From NCBI GenBank assembly GCA_902770045.1, contig CACXRO010000004.1, positions 7,323 to 71,322 of the forward strand: a stretch of 64,000 nt of DNA, in the 5' to 3' direction. Under the pieces are notes generated by a model, which saw only the letters and a list, made by a program, of their open reading frames with translations, did not search any database and was not told where the DNA came from. Both the position numbers and the translations under genes were made by a program. Shown here one piece after another: positions 18,046 to 26,505 of this stretch. Every line of letters starts with the position of its first letter. Position 1 is the first letter of the stretch. Origin of the DNA: an uncultured bacterium (lineage in GTDB: Bacteria; Verrucomicrobiota; Kiritimatiellia; RFP12; UBA1067).

Positions 18046-19072
18046 CGGAGTCGAGAAAGGCGTGTCGGCGGCCGTGCTGACCATCGTCGCGCTTGCGTCG
18101 TGCTGGACGGCGCTGGCGGTCGAGGTCTCGAACCGCTACCGCAGCCCACGCAACCCCGAGCGCGCGGTGCGCTCCTCGACCGAGCTCATCGTCCTCCACA
18201 CCACCGAGGCCCCGGCGCGCAGCTCGCTCAACAAGCTCTGCGACCGCGGCGAGGCCCACTACTGCGTCACCGAGGACGGCACGATCTACGCCATCGTCGA
18301 CCGCGACCGCGAGGCGTTCCACGCCGGCCGCTCGATGTGGAACGGCAAGGAGGACGTGGACAAGTTCTCGGTCGGCATCGAGTGCGTCGGCTACCACGAC
18401 AAGCCGATGGGGATCGTGCAGCTGAGGGCGATCGCCGCGCTGGTGAAGGAGCTCAAGGCCATGTACCGGCTCGGCGACGACCGCGTCGTCTGCCACAGCC
18501 ACGTCGCCTACGGCGCCCCCAACCGCTACCACCGCGTCCGCCACCGCGGCCGCAAGCGCTGCGGCATGCTCTTCGCGATGAACACGATCCGCCGGATCCT
18601 CGGCCTTGCGGCCAAGCCGAAGTCCGACCCCGACACCCGCGCCGGGCGGCTGGTCGTGGGCGACCCGTACCTGAAGAGCGTCCTCTACGGCGGCGTCGAC
18701 ACCATGGCCGCGCGCTACCCGAAGCCGGCTCCGGCGAATACGCAGGTCGCAAAGACGCAGCCCGCCAAGGCGACGCCGGCGAAGCCGCAGGTCGTGAAGA
18801 CGCCGCCGAAGCAGCCGCCCGCGAAGGCGCAGCCGGCGCCGAAGCCGCCGCCGGTCGTGCAGGCGAAGAAGGTGCCGCGCACTGAGGCGGAGCTGAAGTC
18901 CATGGGCTATTCGCGCAAGGGCGTCATTTCGCCGGGGCTGACCGCGATGAAGATCGCCGGGGCGAAGTGGAACGCCGACAACACCTACTACGTGGTGCGG
19001 GGCAAGGCGACCCCGGGCTCGATGATCAACCCGGCGCGGATCGAGGTCGGCGCGGCGATCTGGATGAAGTGA
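18038..19072 (+). CDS. N-acetylmuramoyl-L-alanine amidase (Amidase_2/PGRP fold) with Pro/Lys-rich linker
   Basis: LIVLHTTE..HYCVTEDGTIYAIV..AFHAG..GIECVGYHD. Then an AKPQ/PPK-rich linker and a small C-terminal domain. Confidence 0.75.
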   Translation: MGSGVEKGVSAAVLTIVALASCWTALAVEVSNRYRSPRNPERAVRSSTELIVLHTTEAPARSSLNKLCDRGEAHYCVTEDGTIYAIVDRDREAFHAGRSMWNGKEDVDKFSVGIECVGYHDKPMGIVQLRAIAALVKELKAMYRLGDDRVVCHSHVAYGAPNRYHRVRHRGRKRCGMLFAMNTIRRILGLAAKPKSDPDTRAGRLVVGDPYLKSVLYGGVDTMAARYPKPAPANTQVAKTQPAKATPAKPQVVKTPPKQPPAKAQPAPKPPPVVQAKKVPRTEAELKSMGYSRKGVISPGLTAMKIAGAKWNADNTYYVVRGKATPGSMINPARIEVGAAIWMK

Positions 19073-19091
19073 TTTCAACAAGGAGGAAAGT

Positions 19092-19964
19092 ATGCAGCTG
19101 ATAGACGGCAAGGCGCTCGCGAAGCGCATGAGGGAGGAGATAGCGGCGGACGTCGCCGCGCTGAGGGCGGAGCGCGGCGTCGTCCCCGGGCTCGCGGTGG
19201 TGCTGGTCGGCGAGGACCCGGCCAGCGTCTCCTACGTCACCGCCAAGGAGCGTGCCTGCGCCGAGGCGGGGATGCGCTCGGTGGAGGTGCGGCTCCCGGA
19301 GAGCGTCGCCGAGGACAAGCTGGTCGCGGAGATCGCCCGCCTCAACGCCGACCCGGAGGTCGACGGCGTGCTGGTGCAGCTGCCGCTGCCGAAGGGGATC
19401 GACACCAAGCGCGTCATCGAGGCGATTTCGCCGGAGAAGGACGTGGACGGATTCACCCCCGTCAACATCGGGCGGATGATGATCGGCGACAAGTGCTTTC
19501 TTCCGTGCACGCCGCACGGGATCGTGAAGCTCATCGAGTTCGCCGGGATGGACCTGAAGGGGAGACACGTGGTGGTTATCGGTCGGTCCAACATCGTCGG
19601 CCGCCCGCTCTCGGTGCTGCTCTCCATGAAGGGCGTCGACGCCACGGTCACGCTCTGCCACACGGCGACGCGGGACGTCGCCGCCTTCACGCGCACCGCC
19701 GACGCGGTGGTGGTGGCGGCCGGTCGCCCCAACACGCTCACCGGCGACATGATCAGGAAGGGCGCGGTGGTAATCGATGTCGGCGTCAACCGCGTCCCGG
19801 ACGCAACGAGCGCGCGCGGCTACCGCCTCGTCGGCGACGCCGACTTCGCCTCCTGCTCGCGCGTCGCCTCGGCGATCACCCCGGTTCCCGGCGGCGTCGG
19901 TCCGATGACGATCACCATGCTGCTCTGGAACACGCTCGCATCCGCCCGCCGCCGGGCGAAGTAG
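19092..19964 (+). CDS. folD: Bifunctional methylenetetrahydrofolate dehydrogenase/cyclohydrolase
   Basis: PGLAVVLVGEDPASVSYV..DGVLVQLPLP..TPHG..VVVIGRSNIVGRP..PGGVGPMT. Confidence 0.92.
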   Translation: MQLIDGKALAKRMREEIAADVAALRAERGVVPGLAVVLVGEDPASVSYVTAKERACAEAGMRSVEVRLPESVAEDKLVAEIARLNADPEVDGVLVQLPLPKGIDTKRVIEAISPEKDVDGFTPVNIGRMMIGDKCFLPCTPHGIVKLIEFAGMDLKGRHVVVIGRSNIVGRPLSVLLSMKGVDATVTLCHTATRDVAAFTRTADAVVVAAGRPNTLTGDMIRKGAVVIDVGVNRVPDATSARGYRLVGDADFASCSRVASAITPVPGGVGPMTITMLLWNTLASARRRAK

Positions 19965-19967
19965 AAG

Positions 19968-21293
19968 ATGTCCCTCCGGTTCCACATCCACACCTACGGG
20001 TGCCAGATGAACGTGCGCGACTCCGAGGCGGTCGCGGCGATGCTCGCCGCCGCCGGCCATGTGCGCGCAGAGGGCGAGGAAGACGCGGACCTCGTCGTCG
20101 TCAACAGCTGCACCGTGCGCCAGAAGGCGGAGGAGAAGGCGGTCGGCAAGGTGGGCAACCTGATCGCCGCCGGCAAGATCGTCGGCCTCGCCGGCTGCGC
20201 CGCGGAACGCATGGGCGAAGAGGTGTTCCGGCGGCTGCCGAAGCTCCACTTCGCGGTCGGGCCGCGGCAGCTCTGGCGCATCCCGTCGATTGTCGCCGAG
20301 TTCGAGTCCGCCCCGCCCGGACGCATGCCGCGGCGAATCCTCAAGCTCGGCGCGGGCGAGATGCCGCGCGGACTCGACGCGCATCTTGCCGCGGAGAAGG
20401 GGTCGTTCGACGCGTTCGAGAGTTTCGTTACGGTCATGGTCGGCTGCGACAACCGCTGCAGCTACTGCATCGTCCCGTCCGTGCGCGGACACGAGTGGTG
20501 CCGTCCCGAGGCGGAGATCGTCGCCGAGGTGAGGTGCCTGGCGGCGCGCGGAGTGAAGGAGGTGTGCCTGCTCGGACAGAGCGTGCTCCGCTACCGCGGC
20601 GACGGCGGATGCGCCTTTCCGCATCTCCTTCGGGAGCTGCAGGCGGTCGACGGGCTCGAGCGCATCCGCTTCACCTCGGCGCACCCCGCCGGCTGCACCG
20701 AGGAGCTCATCGCGGCCTACCGCGACTGCCCCAAGGTCTGCCGCCACCTGCACCTGCCGGTGCAGTCCGGCTCCGACCGCATCCTGAAGTCGATGGGGCG
20801 GCGCTACGACCGAGCGGAGTACCTGGACGCCGTCGCGCGCCTGCGCGCGTTCGACCCCGAGTTCGCGGTGACGACCGACGTGATCGTCGGCTATCCCGGC
20901 GAGACGGAGGAGGACTTCGAGGCGACTCGTTCGCTGATGGACGAGGCCGGGTTCGACAACGCGTTCGTCTTCAAGTACTCGCCGCGCCCCGGCACGCGCG
21001 CCGCGGAGCTTGCCGACGACGTGCCCGTCACCGAGAAGGAGCGCCGTGACCAGGTGCTTCTCGCCGACCAGGAGCGCCGCGGGCTCGAGCGCAATTCGCG
21101 GCTTGTCGGCTCGGTGCGCACGGTACTCGCCGAAGGGCCGTCGAAGCGCAACCGCGAGCGCTGGAGCGGACGAGACTCCGGCAACCGGATCGTGGTATTC
21201 CCGCCGGTGGACGGAGTGTCCGTCGGCGACGAGGTGGAGGTGCGCGTCGCCGAGGCGCACGCGCAGATACTGGTGGGGGAGGTGGTGAAATGA
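19968..21293 (+). CDS. miaB: tRNA methylthiotransferase (radical SAM), MiaB-like
   Basis: TYGCQMNVRDSE (UPF0004 domain), GCDNRCSYCIVP (CxxxCxxC), and a TRAM-like C-terminus. Confidence 0.85.
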   Translation: MSLRFHIHTYGCQMNVRDSEAVAAMLAAAGHVRAEGEEDADLVVVNSCTVRQKAEEKAVGKVGNLIAAGKIVGLAGCAAERMGEEVFRRLPKLHFAVGPRQLWRIPSIVAEFESAPPGRMPRRILKLGAGEMPRGLDAHLAAEKGSFDAFESFVTVMVGCDNRCSYCIVPSVRGHEWCRPEAEIVAEVRCLAARGVKEVCLLGQSVLRYRGDGGCAFPHLLRELQAVDGLERIRFTSAHPAGCTEELIAAYRDCPKVCRHLHLPVQSGSDRILKSMGRRYDRAEYLDAVARLRAFDPEFAVTTDVIVGYPGETEEDFEATRSLMDEAGFDNAFVFKYSPRPGTRAAELADDVPVTEKERRDQVLLADQERRGLERNSRLVGSVRTVLAEGPSKRNRERWSGRDSGNRIVVFPPVDGVSVGDEVEVRVAEAHAQILVGEVVK

Positions 21294-22171
21294 GCAAGAA
21301 GATCCAGCAGCCAATTGAATTCGTAGACCGGCGCACCGGCGAGCGCGTCGTCGAGACGGTGATGGGCGACGGCGCGCTGCGCTTCGCCTACGAGACGCTG
21401 CTCGGGCGGACGCTCTGGCCGGTCCTCTTCGGGTCGCGCCTGGTGTCATCCCTGCTCGGCCGCCGCTACGATTCGCCGCGGTCGAAGAAGGACATCGCCG
21501 CGCTCGCTAACCTCGCGGGGTGCAGTCCGGAGGAGGCGGAAAAGCCGATCGAGGAGTACGCGTCGTTCAACGACTTCTTCACCCGGCGGCTGAAGCCGGG
21601 GGCGCGTCCGCTCGGCGAAGGGTTCGTGAGCCCGGCGGACGGCAGGCTGCGCCTTTTCCTGGGGGCCGACGCCGACACCCCGTTCCCGCTCAAGGGCGCG
21701 AAGCGTCCGCTCCGCGAGGTGTTCGACTCCGCCGCGCCCGGCGGCACTTACGACGTGGCGGTGGTGCGGCTCGCGCCGGTCGACTACCACCGCTTCCACT
21801 TCCCCTGCGACTGCGAGACGCCCGAGCCGGTGCGCGTCGTGCCCGGGAAGTATCATTCGGTGAATCCGCTCGCGCTGCTGAAGCGGCCCGACGTCTACGC
21901 GGACAACGAGCGCCAGAGCGTGCGCTGCCGCGCCTTCTTCGGCGACTTCTGGATGGTGGAGGTCGGCGCGTTCGGGGTGGGTACGATCGTGCAGACTGCC
22001 GAGGGCCGGCGCCATTGGAAGGGGGACGAGAAGGGCTACTTCAAGTTCGGCGGCTCGACGGTGGTCGTCGTGGTCCCGGCCGGCCTGGTGCGCTTCGACG
22101 ACGACCTCGTCGCCAATTCCGCCGCGGGGCTGGAGACGCGCGTCCTCTGCGGCGAGCGAATCGGCGCTTAG
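21290..22171 (+). CDS. psd: Phosphatidylserine decarboxylase proenzyme
   Basis: FNDFFTRRLKPGARP..SPADG..RLAPVDYHRFHFP..GYFKFGGSTVVVV (self-cleavage G-S site). Confidence 0.85.
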   Translation: MSKKIQQPIEFVDRRTGERVVETVMGDGALRFAYETLLGRTLWPVLFGSRLVSSLLGRRYDSPRSKKDIAALANLAGCSPEEAEKPIEEYASFNDFFTRRLKPGARPLGEGFVSPADGRLRLFLGADADTPFPLKGAKRPLREVFDSAAPGGTYDVAVVRLAPVDYHRFHFPCDCETPEPVRVVPGKYHSVNPLALLKRPDVYADNERQSVRCRAFFGDFWMVEVGAFGVGTIVQTAEGRRHWKGDEKGYFKFGGSTVVVVVPAGLVRFDDDLVANSAAGLETRVLCGERIGA

Positions 22172-22572
22172 CCGAACGACTCCGGCAGCAGTCCGGCGAG
22201 CGTGAATTCGCGCCAGGATGACTCCGACGAGGCCACGTAGACCTTGAAGTCGTCCGGCGCGGCGAATTCGCGCAACGTCTGGCGGCAGAGCCCGCACGGC
22301 GTGCAGTCCGCGGCGATGGAGTCGTCCGGTTTCAGCCCGGCCACGGCGACCGCCGCGAACCTGGTCTCGCCCTCCGCCACCGCCCGCGCCACCGCCGCGC
22401 GCTCGGCGCAGATTCCGCAGGGATACGACGCGTTCTCGACGTTGGCGCCGGTGTAGACGCGGCCGGACGCGGCGACGAGCGCCGCGCCGACGCGGAAGCG
22501 GGAGTAGGGCGCGTAGGCGCGCTTCGCCGCCGCCAGGGCGGCTTGGACCAGTTCCTGTGGGTTGGCTTCCAT
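22168..22572 (-). CDS. cdd: Cytidine deaminase
   Basis: AYAPYSRFRVGAAL..NVENASYPCGICAERAA..TPCGLCRQ (CAE / PCxxC zinc motifs). ATG 22572 chosen inside the longer ORF. Confidence 0.9.
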   Translation of the reverse strand: MEANPQELVQAALAAAKRAYAPYSRFRVGAALVAASGRVYTGANVENASYPCGICAERAAVARAVAEGETRFAAVAVAGLKPDDSIAADCTPCGLCRQTLREFAAPDDFKVYVASSESSWREFTLAGLLPESFG

Positions 22573-23432
22573 CAGAACGCCTCCGCCGCGTCGTTGACCC
22601 GCGCCTTGCGCTTCTCGGCGGCGTTTTTCCGTGCCTCGCGGCGGATCTCTTCCGCCTCCTCGGCCGCGGCGCGCAGCATGTTCTCGTCCCAGGCCACTAC
22701 CACCGTCTCGTAGTCGCGCGTCGCTCCCTCGAGCGCGGCGGTCACGTAGCGGTCGGAGCCGAGGTCGAAGGTGTAGACGGGCCGGCACCAGCTGCGCGGA
22801 CGCGCCCAGGTCTGGTAGCGTTTCTCCAGCGCCTCGATAAGGTAGTTGCGCCTCCAGCTCGAGCCGGAGTCCACCGCATTCTTCGCGCAGGCGTAGACCT
22901 TGACCGCGCGGTGCGTGGTGGGCGTCACGTAGACGTAGTAGTCGTTGAACCCGGCGAGAGCCTTCTTCGGCTTGAACGCGGTCCTGAGGAGCGTCGGTTC
23001 GGACGGGTCCTCGGCGAACTCGCCCTCCTTGACCTCGCTGCCGAACTTGACGCCCATGAACGAGTCGCAGTCGGCGGCGTTTTCAGCCTTGTCGACCTGC
23101 TTTGCGCCGTCTATCCGCCGCGAGAGCGAGGCGATCTCGCCGTCGCCGACGGGGTAGCTCTGGGCGTATTCGCTCGTCGAGCTTTCGAGCAGGTTGCCGT
23201 CCGCGTCGAGCGTGGTGCGCGTTTCGCGGCGGTGCTCCGTGACCATGTTTCCGTTGGTCGTCACCGTCGATTCGGTGAAGACGCGCGAGACCGAGCCGTT
23301 TTCGTTGGTGGTTATGCCAGACTCGGTGTTGGACGACGACGCGCTGGCACCCGACTCGGCGTAGAGCGCGGCGGCAAGCGCGATCATGGCGACTCCGCCG
23401 ATCGCGGTAATCTGGGTTATGCTGGTTTTCAT
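22572..23432 (-). CDS. Hypothetical secreted protein
   Basis: MKTSITQITAIGGVAMIALAAALYA signal peptide preceded by AAGGAAAGGAGAAACC. Stop overlaps the cdd start (TGATG). Confidence 0.6.
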   Translation of the reverse strand: MKTSITQITAIGGVAMIALAAALYAESGASASSSNTESGITTNENGSVSRVFTESTVTTNGNMVTEHRRETRTTLDADGNLLESSTSEYAQSYPVGDGEIASLSRRIDGAKQVDKAENAADCDSFMGVKFGSEVKEGEFAEDPSEPTLLRTAFKPKKALAGFNDYYVYVTPTTHRAVKVYACAKNAVDSGSSWRRNYLIEALEKRYQTWARPRSWCRPVYTFDLGSDRYVTAALEGATRDYETVVVAWDENMLRAAAEEAEEIRREARKNAAEKRKARVNDAAEAF

Positions 23433-23595
23433 GTTGGTTTCTCCTTTCCTTGTTTTCCCTCTTTCGAAGGAACGGTGCGTATTGTACCCTGCCGATGTTA
23501 ACGGATTGTCAATGAAACGCAGATTTCCAATTACCATCCAACCATCAATCTGCCGCGCAAAGTACCGCGGAAACCGCCGCGCAGCCAGACCGTGG

Positions 23596-23643
23596 CCTTT
23601 CAACCTTTCAACATTTCAACTTGTTTAACCAACCACCCAACCC
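23596..23643. repeat. Left island-flank repeat: 3 tandem octamers (C/A)TTTCAAC, then an AACCAACCACCCAACC tract
   Basis: Read directly: cctttcaacctttcaacatttcaac. This is the reverse complement of the GTTGAAAG arrays at 29732-29764 and 31737-31775. Confidence 0.8.
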
Positions 23644-23664
23644 TTCTCCACTTTTCAAACCCCA

Positions 23665-23696
23665 TTGACTTTTGCGCCAAAATTTTCGTATAATAC
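23665..23696 (+). promoter_or_regulatory. Strong sigma70-type promoter TTGACT-18 nt-TATAAT
   Basis: TTGACT at 23665-23670 and cgTATAATAC with the hexamer at 23689-23694. No ORF with an RBS follows for about 530 nt. Confidence 0.65.
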
Positions 23697-23699
23697 ATT

Positions 23700-24175
23700 G
23701 CATCGCCGTTGCGAGTAAGTTGTTCGTGGCGGAGATGTGAGGGATAAAGCGCAGTTGGGATATGCGCAAGCCGCATGAGCGGCGTTGATCTTTGACATAG
23801 GCCGGAGACCCAGCATCCGGCTACCGAGCGGCAGAGTGTGCAATCACAAGTCTCTGCCGCGACCATCGTCCCGGTAGGGTCACGCGTCCCGCGTGACCGC
23901 CGAGGGCGGTGCCAGCGAGACCGAAAGGCCGTCGCTGGGACGTACGCAACAGCGTATTGAGCTTCTAGAGAAAACCGCTAATTTTCACTGCATGAAGCGA
24001 GATACGATTGCTGTGCTGCGTTGGTAATCCACGCGGCGCACTTTCTATTCATATTTCATGCAAGGCTCTTAGCGGTGCCTCTCTAGAGATGCGAATCAGG
24101 GAGTGCGCCGCTTCAATTGTATAAGGAGGGCGGCATTCCCGGCACGGATTGGAACGCCGCCCTCGTCCTTTTCCG
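23700..24175 (+). ncRNA. Candidate ~470 nt structured RNA or long regulatory leader (unclassified)
   Basis: Starts at the promoter and ends at a terminator-like hairpin. Complementary pairs read directly are listed here. GCGGCAGAG 23828-36 / CTCTGCCGC 23852-60. CGTCCC 23867-72 / GGGACG 23937-42, enclosing three hairpins (GGTCACGC/GCGTGACC, CCGCC/GGCGG, CCAGCGA/TCGCTGG). TCTAGAG+CCGCTAA 23964-81 / TTAGCGG+CTCTAGA 24069-88. TGCATGAA 23989-96 / TTCATGCA 24055-62. Pseudoknot GCGGCGCACT 24033-42 / AGTGCGCCGC 24102-11. Confidence 0.5.
24126..24175 (+). terminator. Intrinsic-terminator-like or attenuator hairpin
   Basis: GAGGGCGGC (24126-34) ... GCCGCCCTC (24156-64), followed by gtccTTTTcc. It lies between the structured RNA and the RBS (AAGGAGG) of the first island gene. 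Confidence 0.45.
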
Positions 24176-24226
24176 TGGAACACAAGGTGGGCTACAAGGG
24201 GAACCCTTTAAGGAGGTAGAAAAATT

Positions 24227-25804
24227 ATGAAGTGCGAAAATTGCGGTGCAGAGATCACCGACAAGATGAAGTTCTGCAGTGAATGCGGTACGCGTGTCCC
24301 AACTGATAAGGAGTGTCCGGCATGCCACACCCGGTGCGCTCTCGCGGCAAAGTTCTGCTCTGAATGCGGACATGATTTTTCAAAACTGGAGGAAATTGAA
24401 GAAGACACAGGCGACGATGACAATGACAGCGAAGAGGACACTTCTTCTAGTGGACACTACTCAGTCATACTGAAAGATTGTGGCGAGGACAAGGGCGCGG
24501 TGCTCAGGGATCTCGTTGCCATGACGGGTAAACGTCTTTGGCCGGACATCTCCGATATGGTAGATAATTTGCCTGCTGTCGTTGCCAAAGGTCTTACCCG
24601 AGACAAGGCAGATCTATATTATGGCGGATTGCTTCTTGATGGGGCTCAGGCCGAGATTGTCGCAGATGAAGATGGAGACGGCGATTCAGACGACGATGAT
24701 TCTTCTCCGGGCGAGCCATACCCGGAGATGGTGGATATCCCCGGACGTAACTTCAAGTTGGGCTGTACTCCGGTCACGCAGGCGCAGTGGGAAGCAGTGA
24801 TGGGGTATAACCCTTCTTATTTCACTTATAAAGGCGCGAACCGTCCAGTGGAGCAGGTCAGCTGGGACGATTGTCAGGAGTTCATCGAAAAGCTGAACGA
24901 GCAGACGGGGATGTGCTTCCGGTTGCCGACACAGAAGGAGTGGGAGTATGCCTGCCGCGCTGGCAGCAAGGGTGACTACGGTCTTGTGGAAGGTGGAGAG
25001 GAAGGCGACATCGACGACATGGGCTGGTATGACGGCAACAGTGACGACGAGACGCATCCCGTCGCGCAGAAACAGCCCAATGCATGGGGGCTCTACGACA
25101 TGCACGGCAACGTGTCGACATGGTGCGCAGACGCGTCCGGCCCGTCGAGCCACGTGGTTTGCGGCGGCGGATTCAACTTTGACGCCGGCAGCTGCACGGC
25201 TACGTATCGGAACGGATGCGAGTCAGATTGTAGCGATAACTGGATTGGTCTTCGCCTTGCGATGGATTGCGACTCAGACACGGACGATGACGAGTCCGAA
25301 GAAGAGGATTCGTCATCGGCCGGGAGCAGTCACAAAAGTCGTACCTGTTCGGTTTTCCTAAAGGATATCGGTAACGACAAAAACGCTGTGATCAGGGAAG
25401 TGCGTAGACTTTTCAACAAGACATTCGGAGAGGCGAAGAATCTGGTGGAAACGAACATTTCACCCATACCTCTTCATCTGGACTGTCTCCGCGAAAAGGC
25501 CGAAGAGATTGCCGCGGCGCTGGAGGCGGTGGGTGCCACCGTTGAGATCTCCGACAAGGACGTAGGGACTGTAACAAGCGGGAACTGCTCGGTCGTTATC
25601 AAGAAGCTCCCATTCATGATGGGGCGTGGAGACAGGATGGGGGTCGCTTGTATAATTGCCGAGGCTGAGGGATGTATGCCAGCCAACGCATGGAAGATGC
25701 TAGACAACCTCCCCTTGACTTTTGCAAAGAACATCTCCCGCGAAGAGGCGGAGGAAATCGCTTCTAAAATTGAGGCGAGAAAGTGCAAGGTCGAAATTGT
25801 CTGA
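24227..25804 (+). CDS. Double zinc-ribbon protein with three ribosomal L7/L12 C-terminal-like domains flanking an FGE/SUMF1 (C-type-lectin-fold) domain
   Basis: N-terminus CENCG..CSECG..CPAC..CSECG. Three segments align to the L12 CTD: SVILKDCGEDKGAVLRDLVAMTG..DMVDNLPAVVAKG..GAQAEIV; SVFLKDIGNDKNAVIREVRRLF..AKNLVE..AEEIAAALEAVGATVEIS; SVVIKK..NLPLTFAKNISREEAEEIASKIEARKCKVEIV. FGE motifs: RPVEQVSWDDCQEF, RLPTQKEWEYACRAG, GWYDGNSDDETHPVAQKQPNAWGLYDMHGNVSTW, IGLRLA. Confidence 0.8.
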   Translation: MKCENCGAEITDKMKFCSECGTRVPTDKECPACHTRCALAAKFCSECGHDFSKLEEIEEDTGDDDNDSEEDTSSSGHYSVILKDCGEDKGAVLRDLVAMTGKRLWPDISDMVDNLPAVVAKGLTRDKADLYYGGLLLDGAQAEIVADEDGDGDSDDDDSSPGEPYPEMVDIPGRNFKLGCTPVTQAQWEAVMGYNPSYFTYKGANRPVEQVSWDDCQEFIEKLNEQTGMCFRLPTQKEWEYACRAGSKGDYGLVEGGEEGDIDDMGWYDGNSDDETHPVAQKQPNAWGLYDMHGNVSTWCADASGPSSHVVCGGGFNFDAGSCTATYRNGCESDCSDNWIGLRLAMDCDSDTDDDESEEEDSSSAGSSHKSRTCSVFLKDIGNDKNAVIREVRRLFNKTFGEAKNLVETNISPIPLHLDCLREKAEEIAAALEAVGATVEISDKDVGTVTSGNCSVVIKKLPFMMGRGDRMGVACIIAEAEGCMPANAWKMLDNLPLTFAKNISREEAEEIASKIEARKCKVEIV

Positions 25805-25810
25805 TGTGTT

Positions 25811-25836
25811 GCCAACTCCGCCCGGCGGGTGCTGGA
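25811..25836 (+). promoter_or_regulatory. Conserved post-stop hairpin motif, copy 1 (CCAACTCCG-CCCGGC-GGGT-GCTGGA)
   Basis: One of three near-identical motifs that each follow a stop codon in the island. Stem CCGGC/GCTGG with one G-T pair. Confidence 0.55.
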
Positions 25837-25870
25837 TGCGGAGGAGGTGACGTGAAAGAAGGGAAAGATT

Positions 25871-26107
25871 ATGTTGGATAACAATCAAGACGGCCCAGAC
25901 GAAAACATACGAATCATGCCGAAGGATGTGTTCGCAAATTATAGTAACTCTGATTTACATCGGATACAGAAAGCGATTATCGATTGGGATGTTATGGTTG
26001 ATAAACATCCTGAACTGGAGAAACTCTACGAGACGTATGGTGCGGATTATGAGAAGTTAAAACGGGACATCATAGATGAACTTAAGCGACGCGCGCTCAG
26101 TTCGTAA
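25871..26107 (+). CDS. Hypothetical small protein (78 aa, helical)
   Basis: GAAAGAAGGGAAAG purine-rich RBS upstream. AT-rich codon usage like its neighbours. No recognisable domain. Confidence 0.5.
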   Translation: MLDNNQDGPDENIRIMPKDVFANYSNSDLHRIQKAIIDWDVMVDKHPELEKLYETYGADYEKLKRDIIDELKRRALSS

Positions 26108-26129
26108 AAAACAAAAGGGAGATCAAGCG

Positions 26130-26390
26130 ATGACTTTTACAGAGTGGTTTGAAAGTCTGGACATTCGTGGCAATATCGATGAGATATTTTGTCTGTATCG
26201 CACGGTTCTAGAACATAGTGACACCTGGGGATATGATGTCAAGGTTACTCCACATAGTTTTGTGGTCTCTCGTTACGACATAGAACCGCACCGATTTACA
26301 GAAAAGACGGCAAGTCAGTTTTGTGACTATCTAGATTCCTTGTTTGAATCTGGGGTCGAGGGAGAACATTATCGGGTTAATGGGAAATGA
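26130..26390 (+). CDS. Hypothetical small protein (86 aa)
   Basis: ATG 26130 preceded by AAAGGGAG. The longer ORF from 26076 would overlap the previous gene. No recognisable domain. Confidence 0.5.
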   Translation: MTFTEWFESLDIRGNIDEIFCLYRTVLEHSDTWGYDVKVTPHSFVVSRYDIEPHRFTEKTASQFCDYLDSLFESGVEGEHYRVNGK

Positions 26391-26431
26391 GGTCCACTGA
26401 TAGTGGTTACCGTGCTGATACGGGCATTTTT

Positions 26432-26457
26432 ACCAACTTCGCCCGGCGGGTGCCGGA
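26432..26457 (+). promoter_or_regulatory. Conserved post-stop hairpin motif, copy 2 (CCAACTTCG-CCCGGC-GGGT-GCCGGA)
   Basis: Stem CCGGC/GCCGG with loop GGGT. Confidence 0.55.
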
Positions 26458-26505
26458 AGCAGGGATGGTGAAAACAAAAAGTAAACACCACAAAGGAAAC
26501 AAAGC

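Noticed and set aside
23481-23512. Sigma70 promoter for the minus-strand secreted-protein gene (TTGACA ... TACAAT).
   Set aside because: The hexamers are good, but the spacer is 20 nt by my count, which is longer than functional sigma70 spacing. It was therefore left uncalled.
23700-24175. Retron msr/msd, tmRNA, RNase P RNA or cobalamin riboswitch as the identity of the structured RNA.
   Set aside because: No RT gene is downstream, which rules out a retron. There is no tRNA-like 3' end or tag ORF (tmRNA) and no GAGGAAAGUCC-type conserved regions (RNase P). Only a 9 nt CCGGAGACC match to the B12 box exists, without the other conserved cobalamin-riboswitch elements, and the downstream genes are unrelated to B12.
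23600-24441. Minus-strand ORFs 23600-23866, 23655-23843, 24113-24373 and 24208-24441.
   Set aside because: They lack an RBS, overlap the promoter, structured RNA and terminator on the plus strand, or lie antisense to the well-supported zinc-ribbon gene. The sequences are low complexity.
24700-25270. Diversity-generating retroelement targeting the FGE/C-type-lectin-fold domain.
   Set aside because: No reverse transcriptase gene lies in or near the island. By eye, no template repeat resembling the 3' end of the FGE domain is present in the noncoding regions, including 23700-24226.
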